Shown here: piece after piece, positions 38,120 to 47,893 of the stretch
Position numbering within the stretch: position 1 is the stretch's first letter
How the letters are laid out: each line of letters opens with the position of its first letter
DNA from: Comamonadaceae bacterium
GTDB taxonomy: Bacteria; Pseudomonadota; Gammaproteobacteria; Burkholderiales; Rhodocyclaceae
Direction: 5' to 3'
Assembly (NCBI GenBank): GCA_029255645.1
Contig: JANLJE010000026.1
Span: 136,359-200,358 of the forward strand
Length of the DNA stretch: 64,000 bases
The notes under the pieces: model-generated
Told to the model about the DNA's origin: nothing
Database searches by the model: none
What the model saw: the letters and a program-made list of their open reading frames with translations, nothing else
Program-made: the position numbers and the translations under genes

Positions 38120-38953
38120 TCAGTTCAGGAAGACCCGCTGCACCAAGGCAGCGATGGGCCGCTCCGTCCAGCGCTGCAGCCGCGCATTCAATTGCAAGGG
38201 CTTGAGTGCCATGCGCACCGCCAGATCCGTGGGGTATTGCGCGCGCATCAGGTCATACACCTGTTTCTGGATGGCCGCGTACGCCGGTGCCTCATCTTCC
38301 CCCTGAAAGCGCCAGGCTGCGGCATGCCTGAGCGCGATATCGGCGTCGCTCTTGCGCAGCTCGGCCACGCGTCGCCATAGCGTGGCAAATACATGCGGTC
38401 GGTGCAGATGTTCCTGTTCCTTGTACTTGAGGAAATAGTGGTAGAAATGCTTGTAATGCTGCACCTCGTCGGTGCGGATGCGCCAGGCGATGTCGCGCAG
38501 CACGGGCTCATCGGAGACGGCATTGAGGGCCTGATAATAGGTGGTCGTTCCCATTTCGACGATGCAGCGCGCCACCAGCTCCTGGCCCCGGGTGGGCTCC
38601 AGTTCGTCGCAGTTGCAGAGCTTGCCGTATTCGGAGAAAAAATCGGCATAAGCGCCATCCCAGTCGAACTCGGGCCAGACCTGCTGGATATAGGTTTTCA
38701 GTGCGCGCCCATGCTGCAGTTCCTCGACTTTCCATTGCTCGTCCAGCCATGCTCCGACTTCGTCATCGCCCCGGAAATAGTCGACCAGATTATGGGTGTA
38801 GGTCTCCGCGCCGCTTTCGACGAACGAGGCGCTGCACACCAGGAGAAAGATGTCGTCGCGCGCCCGCACGCTCCCGCTATCGATACAAGAGAAATCGATC
38901 TCTTCCAGGTGCCAGCGCAAATCTGTTTGTCGTGGATCATCGTGTATTGCCAT
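38120..38953 (-). CDS. Ferritin-like (di-iron) domain protein
   Basis: 277 aa from MAIHDDPRQTDLRWHLEEIDF (codon 35 of the track ORF). E/H-rich helices (ESGAETYTHNL, EVQHYKHFYHYF) suggest a ferritin-like four-helix bundle. Confidence 0.7.
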   Translation of the reverse strand: MAIHDDPRQTDLRWHLEEIDFSCIDSGSVRARDDIFLLVCSASFVESGAETYTHNLVDYFRGDDEVGAWLDEQWKVEELQHGRALKTYIQQVWPEFDWDGAYADFFSEYGKLCNCDELEPTRGQELVARCIVEMGTTTYYQALNAVSDEPVLRDIAWRIRTDEVQHYKHFYHYFLKYKEQEHLHRPHVFATLWRRVAELRKSDADIALRHAAAWRFQGEDEAPAYAAIQKQVYDLMRAQYPTDLAVRMALKPLQLNARLQRWTERPIAALVQRVFLN

Positions 38954-39242
38954 TTTGAGCTTTCCTCTGTTTTCAGTCTTCCAGTCCGACATAACAGTAT
39001 TATGCCGACAATTTCCGCGCATGCAGCCGATTGGCGCGCCGCGGCGGTGACCCACGACGACGCCGGCCTCGGCTGGGCAATTTTTTTCCTGTGAATTTTT
39101 CTAGGCGTGCCGCGTGCCGGGTCAGGCCACCCTCCGGAACCGGCCGGTTTATCGCTTCGAGGAATAAGCATCTGGCTACCGGGTCTTTGTGGGACAGGAG
39201 GTAGCCACTACACTTGTTCCTTCCCCTCACCCGGAGTGCTCC

Positions 39243-40175
39243 ATGAACATTGCCAACGACGTCACCGAACTGGTGGGTAACACCCCCCTCGTCCGCCTCA
39301 ACCGGATCAGCGCCGGCTGCGGCGCCACGCTTGCCGTGAAGCTGGAATTTCTCAACCCCGCCCACAGCGTCAAGGACCGGATCGCCGTGGCCATGATCGA
39401 TGCCGCCCAGGCGGCCGGCAAAATCGGCCCCGATACCGTGATCCTCGAGCCCACCTCGGGCAACACCGGTATCGGCCTCGCCATGGTCTGCGCCGCCCGG
39501 GGCATCAAGTGTGCCTTCGTGATGCCGGAGACCATGAGCCGCGAGCGGCGCCTGCTGCTGAAAGCCTACGGCGCCGAGCTGATCCTCACCCCCGGCCCCG
39601 CCGGCATGGGCGGCGCCATCCAGAAAGCCCGCGAACTGGCCGAGGCCGATAGCCGCTACCTGATCCTGCAGCAGTTCGAAAACCCCGCCAACCCGGCAAT
39701 CCACCGCCAGACCACCGCCGAGGAAATCTGGCGGGACACGGACGGCCAGGTCGATATCTTCGTCGCCGGGGTCGGCACCGGCGGCACGATCACCGGGGTC
39801 GGCCAAGCCCTCAAGGCAAGAAAGCCCTCCGTCCGGGTGGTGGCCGTCGAACCCGCGGCTTCGCCGGTGCTCTCCGGCGGCGAGAAGGGGCCGCATCCGA
39901 TCCAGGGCATCGGCGCCGGTTTCGTGCCGGCCATCCTCGACACCCACGTCTATGACGAAGTGATCAAGGTCAGCAACGACGACGCCTTTGCCATCGCCCG
40001 CCGCCTGGCGACCGAAGAAGGGCTGCTGGCCGGCATCTCCTCCGGCGCCGCCGTCAGTGCCGCCCTGGAACTCGCCAGACGCCCCGAACACGCCGGCAAG
40101 CTGATCGTGACGGTCCTGCCTTCCTTTGGCGAGCGCTACCTGTCGACGGCCCTGTATTCGCACCTGGAAGTCTGA
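39243..40175 (+). CDS. cysK: Cysteine synthase A (O-acetylserine sulfhydrylase)
   Basis: 310 aa from [23 protein letters not shown]-lysine motif [11 protein letters not shown], plus [10 protein letters not shown] and [10 protein letters not shown]. Confidence 0.95.
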   Translation: MNIANDVTELVGNTPLVRLNRISAGCGATLAVKLEFLNPAHSVKDRIAVAMIDAAQAAGKIGPDTVILEPTSGNTGIGLAMVCAARGIKCAFVMPETMSRERRLLLKAYGAELILTPGPAGMGGAIQKARELAEADSRYLILQQFENPANPAIHRQTTAEEIWRDTDGQVDIFVAGVGTGGTITGVGQALKARKPSVRVVAVEPAASPVLSGGEKGPHPIQGIGAGFVPAILDTHVYDEVIKVSNDDAFAIARRLATEEGLLAGISSGAAVSAALELARRPEHAGKLIVTVLPSFGERYLSTALYSHLEV

Positions 40176-40176
40176 G

Positions 40177-41319
40177 TTGGCGGAATTCGACTTCGAACAG
40201 GTGCCGGACCGGCGCGGCACCGACTCCATCAAGTGGGGCAAGTATGCCGGCCGGGATGTGCTGCCCCTGTGGGTAGCCGACATGGATTTCCCCGCCCCGC
40301 CCGCCGTCCTTGCCGCCCTGGAGCGGCGCATCCGCCATGGCGTGTTCGGCTACGGCGCTCCCTGGCCCTCCCTGATCGAGGCGGTGCTGGCGCACCTCGA
40401 AGGCGAATACGGCTGGCAGGTAGAGGCGGAATGGCTGGTCTGGCTGCCGGGCCTCGTCACCGGCCTCAACGTCGCCTGCCGCACGGTGGCGGGCGGCGTC
40501 CTTACCACGACGCCCATCTACCCGCCTTTTTTGAGCGCTCCGGTCTATTCCGGGCGGCCCTTGCAGCGCGCCGGACTGGCCCGGCAAGACGACCGCTGGC
40601 AGCTCGACTGGGAAGCCCTGGAAGCAGCCTGCAGCGCGCACACGGAACTGCTGCTCTGGTGCCACCCCCACAATCCGGTGGGCCGCTGCTGGAGCCGGGC
40701 GGAGCTGGAACGGCTTGCCGAATTCGCCTGCCGGCACGGCCTCATCGTCTGCTCCGACGAGATCCACTGCGGCCTGATCCTCGATGCAGAGCGGCGGCAC
40801 CTGCCCTTTGCCGCCCTGGGGCCGGAGGCGGCGGCGCAGAGCATCACCCTCATGGCGCCCTCGAAGACCTTCAACATCCCCGGCCTCGGCTGTGCCTTCG
40901 CGGTCATTCCCGATCCGGCCCTGCGCCAGCGCTTTGGCCACGCCATGGCCGGCATCGTGCCGCACGTCAATGTGCTCGGCCTGGCCGCCTGCGAAGCGGC
41001 CTACCGCGACTGCGGCGCCTGGCACCAGGCCCTGCTGACCCACTTGCGCCAGAACCGGGACCGGCTCGAAGCCGCCGTGTCCGGCCTGCCCGGCCTCTCC
41101 ATGAGCCATGTGGAAGCCACCTACCTGGGCTGGATCGACGCCCGTAAGCTCCACCTCGCCAAGCCCGCGGCCCATTTCGAGGCGCATGGCCTGGGCTTTT
41201 CCGACGGCGCCGATTTCGGCGCCCCGGGCTGGCTGCGCTGCAATTTCGGCTGCACGGCGGCGACCCTCGATACCGCCCTGGCCCGGTTGCGGCTCGCTGT
41301 CGAGGCCGCCCATGTCTGA
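40177..41319 (+). CDS. MalY/PatB-type PLP-dependent C-S lyase (cystathionine beta-lyase-like aminotransferase)
   Basis: ...FDFEQVPDRRGTDSIKWGKY...LWVADMDFPAPPAV...HPHNPVGR...APSKTFNIPGL (PLP Lys). The start is uncertain: a TTG at 40177 lies 2 nt after the cysK stop, while the track ORF starts at 40126 inside cysK. Confidence 0.85.
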   Translation: MAEFDFEQVPDRRGTDSIKWGKYAGRDVLPLWVADMDFPAPPAVLAALERRIRHGVFGYGAPWPSLIEAVLAHLEGEYGWQVEAEWLVWLPGLVTGLNVACRTVAGGVLTTTPIYPPFLSAPVYSGRPLQRAGLARQDDRWQLDWEALEAACSAHTELLLWCHPHNPVGRCWSRAELERLAEFACRHGLIVCSDEIHCGLILDAERRHLPFAALGPEAAAQSITLMAPSKTFNIPGLGCAFAVIPDPALRQRFGHAMAGIVPHVNVLGLAACEAAYRDCGAWHQALLTHLRQNRDRLEAAVSGLPGLSMSHVEATYLGWIDARKLHLAKPAAHFEAHGLGFSDGADFGAPGWLRCNFGCTAATLDTALARLRLAVEAAHV

Positions 41320-41656
41320 CTGGCCGCTGTACCAGATCACGATCGTCTGTCTCCTGAACGCCATGGGCGTGCAGGTGCTCGCGGCATTCTGGGCCCTGCG
41401 CCAGCTACCCAGGGCAGGCCGCTACTGGCTGCCCTGGGCCGCCTTGAGCCTGGCGCTGGTGTTGATGGTGCAGCGGCGCTGGATGCCCCTGGAACTGGCG
41501 CTCAACACGGGGCTTTACGATTTTCAGCAAGCCCTGCTGGCGCTGGCGATTTCCCTGCTCCTGCTCCTGGCCATCATCGGTCTTTCCCCCCTGCTGCGCC
41601 TGGCCGGCCGCGCTCCAGCCAACCTTGAAACTTCATCGCCAAGGCAAAAGGCTTGA
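41312..41656 (+). CDS. Small membrane protein (114 aa, about 3 TM)
   Basis: MSDWPLYQITIVCLLNAMGVQVLAAFWAL... from codon 69 of the track ORF. Overlaps the lyase stop by 8 nt. Confidence 0.5.
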   Translation: MSDWPLYQITIVCLLNAMGVQVLAAFWALRQLPRAGRYWLPWAALSLALVLMVQRRWMPLELALNTGLYDFQQALLALAISLLLLLAIIGLSPLLRLAGRAPANLETSSPRQKA

Positions 41657-41814
41657 AGCACGTCGCTGCCCACCCGGCGGATGGGTGGAGAGCGGTTTTT
41701 CTACGCGTTCCCTTCACGTTTCCTGGTGATCTTTGCGCCTTGGCGTTGAAAATGTTTTTTTATTGTCATCGCGCTTTGGCATAATCCGCTGGAATTTTTC
41801 CGAGCGAGGGATCC

Positions 41815-42858
41815 ATGTTCTGCAAATCCTGTGGCCACGATCTAGGCCTGCAACCTCCCAGATTCTGTCCTACCTGCGGTACACCGAGTGCGCCGACCGG
41901 CCCGTCGCCATCGCCATCGCCATCGCCATCGCCATCGCCATCGCCATCGCCATCGCCGGTGCCGGTGCCGGTGCCGGAAACGGCGATGGCCGCGCCGGCG
42001 CCCGCCCCGCCCGCCCCACCTGTCCCACCTGCCCCACCTGCCCCGCCTGCCCCACCTGCCCCGCCTGCCCCGCCTGCCCCGCCTGCCCCGCCGCCGTTCG
42101 AGGCGCCTGCCGGGACGAAGGCGCCTGTCGAGGCGCCTGCCGGGACGAAGGCGCCTGTCGAGGCCGCCGCGCCAGTCACGCCCGAGGCGCCCACCCCGAT
42201 ACCGGATGCTCCGCCCCCCGAACCCCGCGCCGCCGTTCCCGAGGCGCCACCTGCCGCGCTGCCATCCCAGGGCCGGGCCGGGCTGAACCCCCGCCTGCTC
42301 ATGGGAGGCGGGGCCCTGCTGCTCGCCCTCGTCCTGGGCGGCGCCTGGTGGTTCCTGGACAAGAAGGCCCCGGAAACGCTGCCCGCCAACCCGGTCGACA
42401 TCAGCGTGAGCCCGGCGGTGGATGCGGCGCCTGCCTCCCGCCCGGCGCCCGAAGCGGCTGCCGCCGTGGCCCCTGCCCCTGCCCCTGCCCCTGCCCCTGC
42501 CCCTGCCCCTGCCCCTGCCCCTGTAGCCCCCATTGCAGAAGCCGTGAAGGAGGCAGGCCCGACCCCCAGAACCGAAACTCCCAGGCCGCGTCCCGAAGCC
42601 AGGCCCAAGTCCCGACCCGAGACCCGACCCGAGACCCGACCCGCCGCCCGGCCCGTGCCGGATGAAAAGGAAAGGATGCCAGTACGGGAATCGAGCCCAC
42701 CAGTTCCTCCCGCTGCCCCGGCCGAGTCCGGCTGGGTGCAGCAGTTGCGCGGGGAACTGGGTCGCTGCAAGGCCAACATTTTCTGCCGCGAGCAAGCGCG
42801 CTGGAAATATTGCGACGGGCACTGGAATAGCGTGCCCGAGTGCAAGCTGAACAACTGA
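41815..42858 (+). CDS. Zinc-ribbon, proline-rich single-pass membrane protein with Cys-rich C-terminal domain
   Basis: 347 aa. N-terminal CKSCGHDLGLQPPRFCPTCG, then (SP)8, (VP)3, (PAP/PPA)n, a duplicated APAGTKAPVE, a TM (GGGALLLALVLGGAWWFL), (AP)8, RPE repeats, and C-terminal WVQQLRGELGRCKANIFCREQARWKYCDGHWNSVPEC. Confidence 0.7.
   Translation: MFCKSCGHDLGLQPPRFCPTCGTPSAPTGPSPSPSPSPSPSPSPSPSPVPVPVPETAMAAPAPAPPAPPVPPAPPAPPAPPAPPAPPAPPAPPPFEAPAGTKAPVEAPAGTKAPVEAAAPVTPEAPTPIPDAPPPEPRAAVPEAPPAALPSQGRAGLNPRLLMGGGALLLALVLGGAWWFLDKKAPETLPANPVDISVSPAVDAAPASRPAPEAAAAVAPAPAPAPAPAPAPAPAPVAPIAEAVKEAGPTPRTETPRPRPEARPKSRPETRPETRPAARPVPDEKERMPVRESSPPVPPAAPAESGWVQQLRGELGRCKANIFCREQARWKYCDGHWNSVPECKLNN
41905..41952 (+). 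repeat. (TCGCCA)8 in-frame hexanucleotide microsatellite, followed by (GGTGCC)3
   Basis: Read directly. Encodes (SP)8, then VPVPVP. Confidence 0.9.
42471..42518 (+). repeat. (CCCTGC)7 plus one variant unit, in-frame microsatellite
   Basis: Read directly. Encodes (AP)8 on the periplasmic side of the TM. Further 9-bp repeats (CC[A/G]CCTGCC, about 42017-42090) and a perfect 30-bp duplication (42100-42129 / 42130-42159) lie in the same gene. Confidence 0.9.
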
Positions 42859-42916
42859 GCAAGCGAACCGCAAGCAAACCACCATTACTCGAACCATTAC
42901 TTCAACAGGGGGAAGC

Positions 42917-44242
42917 ATGAATTCACAAGGCATTTCACACGTCATGACAAGCGAGCAGGGAACCCGGTATTCCGACCTGCTGAGGGTTACGGAGGCGCTG
43001 CGCAACTGGAAGGCGCTGGGCGTTTTGATCGGCACCGGGCTGGCGGCGGGACTGCTGGTCTTTCTGGGCGGGGTGATCGGCGCACAGATGGGGGGGTTCT
43101 TCATTCCCGCCCTGTTTTCCTTCCTGGCACTGCTGATAATCCCCGTCGGAATTTCGGCAGCGGGGCTCATGCTCATGGATCAGGCCCAGGGTCTGCCCAG
43201 CCGCCCCCTCGCCGTGACCTTGCTGGACGGAGTCTTCGCGGCCCTCAAGGTGCTGGCCGTGACCCTGATCGGCGCCCTGGTGGTGCTGGCCTTCTACATC
43301 GCCACGGCCCTGGTGCTGTTCCTTTGCAAGATTCCGGGCCTGGGCCCCGTGCTCTATGCCCTTGCCTTTCCGGTGCTGGTGGTGGTGGCCGGGATGCTCT
43401 TCTTCAGCCTCAATGTTGCCCTGTCCATGGTCGGCCCGGCCATCTGGAGCGGGGCCGGCATCAAGAGCGCCGTGGCCATGCTCTGGCAGATCGCCACGCA
43501 TCGCATGGTGGAACTGCTGATCAGCCTGTTCCTGCTCGGCCTTCTGCTGGGTCTGGCAGGCGCCGTGCTGGGGAGCATCCTGGGCGTCGGCTACTTTTCG
43601 GTGCTGGGGCTGTCCCTGCCCATCCTTGGCAATGGGATGATGGCTTCTTTGGGCGGCTTCTTCGGGGGGTTTGGAGGTTTTGGGGGGGTTGGAGGGTTCG
43701 GCGGGTTTGGCGGCTACGGTGGCCAGGATGGCATGGGTTACATGCAGGCCGCCGGCTTTGGTTCGCTGGTGATCCTGGCCCTGGTCACGGGCGCCCTGTC
43801 GACCATGGCCTTGATGGGAAGCATCCTGATCTACCTGCGCGTGGCCGCCGATCTCGACCCCAGCGAGGCCGAGCGCCTGATCGGGGAGCGGCTCGACGAA
43901 GCCAAGCGCAAGGCCCAGGCGCTCAAGGAAGAATCCCAACGCCGGGCCGAGGAAGCCCAAAAGCGGCTGCGCCAGCAGCAGGAAGCGGCCCAGCAGGCCA
44001 GGGCCGAAGCGGAAGCCCGTGCCAGGGCGGCCGAAGCGGCTGAAGCGGCTGAAGCCCGAGCCAGGGCGGCCGAAGCGGCTGAAGCGGCCCGCAAGGCGCC
44101 TGTCGTCGAACCTGTCGTCGAAGCGGTGCCCGAACCCGGGGCGGCCGGGGCAAACCTGGCCCGGCAGTGTCCGCAATGCAAGGCAGCGATCGAGCCGGGA
44201 GACCGGTTCTGCGGGGAATGCGGCTACAGGCTGCCCGGCTGA
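42917..44242 (+). CDS. Polytopic membrane protein with Gly-zipper segment, C-terminal coiled coil and zinc ribbon
   Basis: 441 aa. At least 6 TM, GGFFGGFGGFGGVGGFGGFGGYGG, an Ala/Glu/Arg-rich coil (EARARAAEAAEAAEARARAAEAAEAA) and a terminal CPQCKAAIEPGDRFCGECG. Alternative start at 42944. Confidence 0.7.
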   Translation: MNSQGISHVMTSEQGTRYSDLLRVTEALRNWKALGVLIGTGLAAGLLVFLGGVIGAQMGGFFIPALFSFLALLIIPVGISAAGLMLMDQAQGLPSRPLAVTLLDGVFAALKVLAVTLIGALVVLAFYIATALVLFLCKIPGLGPVLYALAFPVLVVVAGMLFFSLNVALSMVGPAIWSGAGIKSAVAMLWQIATHRMVELLISLFLLGLLLGLAGAVLGSILGVGYFSVLGLSLPILGNGMMASLGGFFGGFGGFGGVGGFGGFGGYGGQDGMGYMQAAGFGSLVILALVTGALSTMALMGSILIYLRVAADLDPSEAERLIGERLDEAKRKAQALKEESQRRAEEAQKRLRQQQEAAQQARAEAEARARAAEAAEAAEARARAAEAAEAARKAPVVEPVVEAVPEPGAAGANLARQCPQCKAAIEPGDRFCGECGYRLPG

Positions 44243-44248
44243 GCAGGT

Positions 44249-44842
44249 TTAGCAAGGCCGGAAGCAGCCGGCCTCGGTGGCGATCCAGTCAAGCGGCTGG
44301 TCGTGGGTTTCTGGCTGGATGCTGTCTACCCGGTTGAGTTCGAAACCGACGCCGATGGCAAGCGGCCGGGGGTCGAGGCTGGCCAGGGTGCGGTCGAAGA
44401 AGCCGCCGCCGTAGCCCAGCCGGTAGCCCGCGGCATCGAAGGCATTGAGCGGCAGGAGCAGCACATCCGGCTGCACCCAGGGACCCTCGGCAGGGGTGGG
44501 AATGCCGTAGCGGTCGGGCTCCAGCCGGGTGTCCGGCGTCCAGGCGCGAAAGGCCAGGGGCTGGGCCGGGGCGGTGACCACCGGCAGGGCCGCCAGGCTA
44601 CCCTGTTGCTGCCAGGCGGCCAGGGCGGCGCGGACATCGGGCTCGTGATGGATGGGCCAGCAAAAGGCGATGCATCGCCCCGGCGGCTGGGGGAGGACCT
44701 TCAGCAAGTGCCGGACGATTGCGGCTGACCAGGCGCTTACCGTGCTGGCGGGCAGCTGCTTGCGGGCCGCTATCATGGCTTTGCGCAAATGATCCCGGTG
44801 GAGGGGCGGGGAGCTCATGGTATGCTCAGAAGCAGTATTCAT
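44249..44842 (-). CDS. 5-formyltetrahydrofolate cyclo-ligase
   Basis: 197 aa. C-terminal GYRLGYGGGFFDRTL motif and PLDWIATE. The start could be the internal MSSPP at 44818. Confidence 0.85.
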   Translation of the reverse strand: MNTASEHTMSSPPLHRDHLRKAMIAARKQLPASTVSAWSAAIVRHLLKVLPQPPGRCIAFCWPIHHEPDVRAALAAWQQQGSLAALPVVTAPAQPLAFRAWTPDTRLEPDRYGIPTPAEGPWVQPDVLLLPLNAFDAAGYRLGYGGGFFDRTLASLDPRPLAIGVGFELNRVDSIQPETHDQPLDWIATEAGCFRPC

Positions 44843-44858
44843 CCGCCGAATCTATCAC

Positions 44859-46802
44859 ATGAAGTTGCGCACTATCTTGACCTCCCTTGGCCTCATTGGC
44901 TGTCTGATGACGCCGCTCCAGGCCCAGGAAGCGCCGGGCGACATCCAGTACATCGCCGCCCGGGAGGCCTTCCGGGTCGGCAATCGCCCCCGTCTGGAAG
45001 CTCTGGCGGCCGAACTGCGGGGCCACCCCCTCGCCGATTATGTCGATTACTACCTGCTGCGCCAGGGAATCGAACAACAGGACCCCGCCGCCATTCAAGC
45101 CTTCATCAGCCGTCAGGAAGGCAATTACCTGGGGGAGCGGCTGCGCGCCGACTGGCTCCGGGTGCTGGCCCGGCAGGAAGACTGGCAAGGGCTGCTGCAG
45201 CACTACCGCCAGCTCAAGTCACCCGACCAGGAGGCGCGCTGCCTGGGCATCCAGGCCCGCTTGCAGTTGCGCGATGCAGCCGCCCTGGCAGAGGGGGAAA
45301 ACCTGTGGCTGACCCTGCATGAGGTGCCCGAGGCTTGTCGTCCGGTGATGGCCCTGCTGGCCGAGCGGGCCAGCGTCGATCAAATCTGGGCCCGGGTGCG
45401 CTTGCTGGTCGAAGTCAACAAGCTGGCTCCCGCCCGCCAGGTGCTCGCCGCCTTGCCCCCGGGGCAGCAGCCGGACCCCAAGCAACTGGAATCGATGCTG
45501 GACAAGGCCGCCGCCTGGCTGGCCCGCCTTTTGCCCGCCAGTCTCAAGGACCGCACCGGCCGGGAACTGGTGGCCCTGGCCATCCAGCGCCTGGCCCGCA
45601 ATGACCCGGTCTTTGCCGCCGAACAACTAGAACGCTGGAGCCCGTATCTGGGTGAGCAGGAACAGGCCTGGGCCTGGGGCCAGATCGGCCTGCAGGGGGC
45701 GCGGCGCCACATGGCGGCGGCGGTGGAGTGGTACCGGCGCAGCCAGCCGGAGCTGCTCTCCGACGAGGGGCGGGAGTGGCAGGTGCGGGCGTCCCTGCGC
45801 CACCGCGACTGGGGCGGGGTGCGCCGCAGCATCGAGTCCATGCCGGCCCGCCTGCAGGACAAGCCGGAATGGATTTACTGGCTGGGCCGCGCCTACCTGG
45901 CCGGCGGTCAGCAGAGCCAGGCCCGGCAGCTGTTCGAGCGGATTGCCGGACAGCCCAGTTTTTACGGCAATCTGGCGGACGAGGAATTGGGACGCCGCAT
46001 CAGCATTCCGCCCCGGGCTCAGCCACCGACCGACGCGGAACTGGACGAGGCCCGCGCCCATCCCGGCCTGATCCGGGCCCTGGCTTTCTTTCGCCTGAAC
46101 ATGCGCAACGATGCCATCCGCGAGTGGAACTGGAGCATACGCGACATGGATGACCGGCAACTGCTGGCGGCCGCCGAGCTGGCCCGGCGCAATCAGATCT
46201 ATGACCGGGCCATCAACACGGCGGACCGGACCCGCAACCAGCATGACTACAATCTGCGCTTTTTGGCGCCCTTCTATGACCAGGTCCGCCCGGCGGCGCA
46301 GCAACAATCCCTGGATGAAGCCTGGGTGTATGGCCTGATGCGCCAGGAAAGCCGCTTCGTCAGCCAGGCCAATTCCTCCGCCGGGGCCTCCGGCCTGATG
46401 CAGTTGATGCCGGCCACCGCGAAGTGGGTCGCAAAGAAGATCGGCCTCAAGGATTACGACCACCGCCAGGTGAAGGCTCCGGAGACCAACCTGCTGCTCG
46501 GCACCTCCTACCTGCGCATGATGATGGAGGACCTCGACAATCACCCGGTGCTGGCCTCGGCCGCCTACAACGCCGGGCCGCTCCCGGCGCGCAAGTGGCG
46601 CGGCGCAGAAGCCATGGAAGGCGCCATCTATGCCGAGACCATCCCTTATTCCGAAACCCGGGATTATGTCAAGAAGGTCATGAGCAACGCCGTCTATTAC
46701 TCGGTGCTGTTCAACGGCCGGCCCGCTTCCCTGCGGGCCCGTCTCGGCATGGTGCCCGGCCGGCCGGCCGGCGATCCGCCCAAGACGGCGGATTTGCCTT
46801 AA
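44859..46802 (+). CDS. slt: Soluble lytic murein transglycosylase (Slt70-like)
   Basis: 647 aa from MKLRTILTSLGLIGCLMTPLQAQ (signal peptide). Superhelical U-domain, then the catalytic RQESRFVSQANSSAGASGLMQLMPATA and AAYNAGP. Confidence 0.9.
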   Translation: MKLRTILTSLGLIGCLMTPLQAQEAPGDIQYIAAREAFRVGNRPRLEALAAELRGHPLADYVDYYLLRQGIEQQDPAAIQAFISRQEGNYLGERLRADWLRVLARQEDWQGLLQHYRQLKSPDQEARCLGIQARLQLRDAAALAEGENLWLTLHEVPEACRPVMALLAERASVDQIWARVRLLVEVNKLAPARQVLAALPPGQQPDPKQLESMLDKAAAWLARLLPASLKDRTGRELVALAIQRLARNDPVFAAEQLERWSPYLGEQEQAWAWGQIGLQGARRHMAAAVEWYRRSQPELLSDEGREWQVRASLRHRDWGGVRRSIESMPARLQDKPEWIYWLGRAYLAGGQQSQARQLFERIAGQPSFYGNLADEELGRRISIPPRAQPPTDAELDEARAHPGLIRALAFFRLNMRNDAIREWNWSIRDMDDRQLLAAAELARRNQIYDRAINTADRTRNQHDYNLRFLAPFYDQVRPAAQQQSLDEAWVYGLMRQESRFVSQANSSAGASGLMQLMPATAKWVAKKIGLKDYDHRQVKAPETNLLLGTSYLRMMMEDLDNHPVLASAAYNAGPLPARKWRGAEAMEGAIYAETIPYSETRDYVKKVMSNAVYYSVLFNGRPASLRARLGMVPGRPAGDPPKTADLP

Positions 46803-46845
46803 AATCCGGGCCTTGCCCAAGTCAACCTATCTGCACGGGATCGCC

Positions 46846-47808
46846 ATGGAACAGAAGAAAGTCTTGCTGCTAGGAGGCAGCGGTTTTGTCGGTACCTATA
46901 TCGCCAACCGTCTCTCCGAACAGGGTGCCAAACTCACCATCCCCACCCGCCACCGGGATCGCAACAAGAATCTGATCATGCTGCCCGGGGTGGACATGCC
47001 CGCGGCCGACATCAACGATCCCGCCCAGCTCGAAGCGCTGGTGCGTGGCCAGGATGCGGTGATCAACCTGGTCGGCATCCTGCACAGCCGCGATGTGAAG
47101 CTGCCTTACAGCAGGGATTTCGAGCAGGCCCATGTGACCCTGCCCAAGCAGATCGTCGCCACCATGAAGGCCACCGGCGTGCGCCGCCTGGTGCACATGA
47201 GCGCCCTCAAGGCCGACGTCAATGGCCCCTCCGAATACCTGCGTTCCAAGGGCGAAGGCGAGAAGATCGTCCTGGCTGCCCAGGGCGAGCTGGACGTGAC
47301 GGTATTTTGTCCTTCGGTCATCTTCGGCCAGGGCGACTCCTTCCTGAACCTGTTCGCCAGACTCCTCAAGTCCTTCCCCATATTTCCCCTGGGCATGAGC
47401 CAGGCCCGCTTCCAGCCCGTCTGGGTGGCCGATGTGGCCGATGCCGTCGTGGACTGTCTGGACAATCCTGACACCTTCGGCCAGGTCTATGAACTGGTGG
47501 GACCGCGGACTTACAGCCTGCAGGAATTGGTGCAGTACGTCGCCAGGCTGTGCAAGTGCCGCACCCGCATCCTGCCCATTTCCGAGGGCTGGGCCTACCT
47601 GCTTGCCGGCCTGCTGTGGCTGTCTCCCAGGCCCTCGATGTCTCCGGACAACCTGCGCTCCCTGCAGGTGGACAATGTCGCCGACGGCTCCGGCCAGACC
47701 CCTCCGGGCTGGCGGCCCACCGCCCTGGAAGCCATTGCGCCCACCTACATCGCGGGCGACAGCCCGAAGCAGCGCCTGGACCGCTACCGCTGGTACGCCG
47801 GCCGCTGA
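46846..47808 (+). CDS. NDUFA9-like NAD(P)-binding Rossmann protein (SDR/epimerase family)
   Basis: 320 aa from MEQKKVLLLGGSGFVGTYIANRL, with YLRSKGEGE (YxxxK). Confidence 0.85.
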   Translation: MEQKKVLLLGGSGFVGTYIANRLSEQGAKLTIPTRHRDRNKNLIMLPGVDMPAADINDPAQLEALVRGQDAVINLVGILHSRDVKLPYSRDFEQAHVTLPKQIVATMKATGVRRLVHMSALKADVNGPSEYLRSKGEGEKIVLAAQGELDVTVFCPSVIFGQGDSFLNLFARLLKSFPIFPLGMSQARFQPVWVADVADAVVDCLDNPDTFGQVYELVGPRTYSLQELVQYVARLCKCRTRILPISEGWAYLLAGLLWLSPRPSMSPDNLRSLQVDNVADGSGQTPPGWRPTALEAIAPTYIAGDSPKQRLDRYRWYAGR

Positions 47809-47825
47809 TCTGGCGCTTACTGCAC

Positions 47826-47873
47826 AACGCCTTGCCCCGTGACATGCCCCGTGACCGTACGGCAAGGCGTTTT
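47826..47873 (+). terminator. Rho-independent terminator with a large loop
   Basis: AACGCCTTGCC ... GGCAAGGCGTT: an 11-bp stem and a 24-nt loop containing the direct repeat CCCCGTGAC x2, running into TTTT. Confidence 0.55.
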
Positions 47874-47893
47874 GCCAGCGAGGGAAGCTGAAG

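Noticed and set aside
41770-41800. Sigma-54-like promoter (TGGCAT-N5-GCTGG) upstream of the zinc-ribbon gene
   Set aside because: The -12 element does not match TTGCA/TGCW well enough. I made no call.
41766-43176. Minus-strand ORFs 41766..42854 (362 aa) and 41842..43176 (444 aa)
   Set aside because: They are composed of Gly/Ala/Arg repeats produced by reading the Pro-rich microsatellites antisense. The plus-strand gene has a zinc ribbon, a TM and a Cys-rich domain, and is the credible one.
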